Assembly (NCBI GenBank): GCA_004022145.1
Contig: RCNU01000003.1
Strand: one strand, 5' to 3'
Source of the DNA: Paecilomyces variotii
Lineage: Eukaryota
DNA length: 64,000 nt
Each line of letters opens with the position of its first letter. Positions within the stretch are counted from its first letter, which is position 1. The notes beneath the pieces are model-generated. The model was not told the origin of the DNA, did no database searches, and was given only the letters and a program-made list of their open reading frames with translations. A program made the position numbers and the translations under genes. Below are positions 62,617 through 64,000 of this stretch, one piece after another.

Positions 62617-64000
62617 TCATCGATGAATAATCTGCACCTCACCAGGATACCTCTTCAACCTCGACATCAATTCCTTCTCACTGATCTCCAACTCCGTACA
62701 GATCTGATCGAAACAATGCACACCATCCAAATACTTGGATAGCGTCCGATCATCAATATCATCCTCATCGTCCTCGTCCTCGTTACTTCGAGAATACATC
62801 GCAGGAGAGGCGGAGCGCGGATGACCACCTGTTCGCGAGAGTGATGAAGGAATACTATCGTTGTGGATGTGGGTGGTATCGTTGCTTTGGATACTTGATG
62901 AAAAGGCCGCTGCGGCAGTGAACGAGTCAGCAGGGACGCTGGATGCGTTGGAGCTGATTCCGCCGTGGAGGGAGACTGTTGCGGGGGTAGTGGTGGTTGC
63001 GGTATTGTGTGGTGCAGCGGGTGCAGGGAGGCCTGTTGCGTAGGCGTATTTGTGAACACGGTATAAGAAGCCCTTGATGATGCCGAAAGTGATGAAGCGT
63101 CGGACGTCGATGTTGGCGAGTTGTTGGCTGTGTTGGGCGTACCATTGTTTCACGCTCTGGCCTTGTTGCAGACTGGCGTATAGCTCGACGATGCCGACGC
63201 CGTCGACGATCTCTCGGAGGCTACTATTGTTGTTGCTGTTGATGCTTGTGCTGCCTTTGCTGAGACCATCGCTGCCGCCGACGGAGGGCCAGATGTCGTC
63301 GTCGTCGTCATGGCGATAGACGCTGGCGTAGGTCGCTGGGATGTCGCTTCGATGGCTAGATGCGGCGGCTCCAGGGGCGGTGCTCATGGATGGTGATTGC
63401 AGGCTAAATGGCGACGGGGCGAAACGGGTGTTGACGTAGCGTGCGCATTCTCGCTGCATGTCCTCGTCTATGGCGATTGTTGAGCTGAATTGAGCTGTGG
63501 GAGCGTATATGGCTGAGAAGGAGAATATGTCCAAGAGGAGAATACAGCCGTAGTAGAGGAGGTGACGGATGGCGCGGCAGGTCAGGGAGAATTCGGCGTC
63601 TGCGAGAATCGAAATGATGCGTATGCTGTTGACGCCGTTGATATGGGGAACGATCTGGGTCTGTCTGTCAGTATAGGTCGTTCAGCACGAGAGATAAATG
63701 AGTGGGCGCACCCTTTGCAAGGTAAGATCCCAGTTTTCATCCATAAATGTCTGATATCGGACCGTGAACAGCGGGACCTGCCATGCCTTGACATGCGGAG
63801 GAGCTGGGTAGATAGGAAATAGTTTGATGTTCAGAGTATTCAATTCATCTGGAAACAGTTAGCCAGCTTCGCCCTTCCACTAAAAAGATATACTCGGGAA
63901 GTGATAACTGAGCAAAAATACGTACCGATTGGAATCATGCACTCGCAATAATTATTCAAATCCTCCATCAACGTCTCACATAAACTATACACCTTCCCCT
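62617..64000 (-). CDS. npr2: Nitrogen permease regulator 2 (SEACIT/GATOR1 subunit); 5' part lies beyond the window
   Basis: Introns 63925-63849 and 63711-63655. Spliced NYCECMIPIDELNTLNIKLFP, IVPHINGVNSI, LLDIFSFSAIY, IDVRRFITFGIIKGFLYR, LDGVHCFDQICTEL. Confidence 0.92.

Noticed and set aside
1..64000. tRNA/5S/snRNA genes, CRISPR arrays, PKS/NRPS cluster, Starship tyrosine recombinase, stop-codon readthrough to a PTS1
   Set aside because: No diagnostic motifs found on manual reading. None of the stops I checked has a TGA-CTA context leading to an SKL-type end. tRNAscan-SE and Infernal would be decisive for the RNA genes.

Overview
Gene-dense, intron-containing DNA from a filamentous ascomycete. 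The short GT-AG introns, CTRAC branch points and gene set point to Eurotiales (Aspergillus/Penicillium-like); the species cannot be read from the sequence. About 22 protein-coding loci are supported, and splice junctions were read by hand. Most are conserved housekeeping genes: OCD/mu-crystallin-like, sidL, pclA-type cyclin, erg2, ncs6, fmc1, a RasGEF, a HIT finger, nfu1, a PSP1-domain gene, rpl15, hul4, a Zn-dependent polyol dehydrogenase, frg1, a transmembrane RING-H2 ligase, ngg1 and a partial npr2. Three stretches look accessory: a ~480-bp RIP-like MITE with long inverted arms (12.6-13.1 kb), an intronless PD-(D/E)xK/Uma2-like nuclease gene (17.8-18.7 kb), and an AT-richer block holding a truncated Zn2Cys6 regulator divergently paired with an RTA1 gene (28-32 kb). 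The most interesting signals are a degenerate Ras-like GTPase domain fused N-terminally to a CDC25 RasGEF (visible only after splicing), an LSD1-type zinc finger in the Hul4 HECT ligase, a structured rpl15 intron with a candidate poison 3' splice site, an exact CBC:HapX motif upstream of nfu1, and clustered AbaA sites upstream of the cyclin. I found no tRNA, rRNA, snRNA, CRISPR array or secondary-metabolite cluster, and I cannot establish a wholly new multi-gene system. All family assignments come from motif recognition, not database searches.
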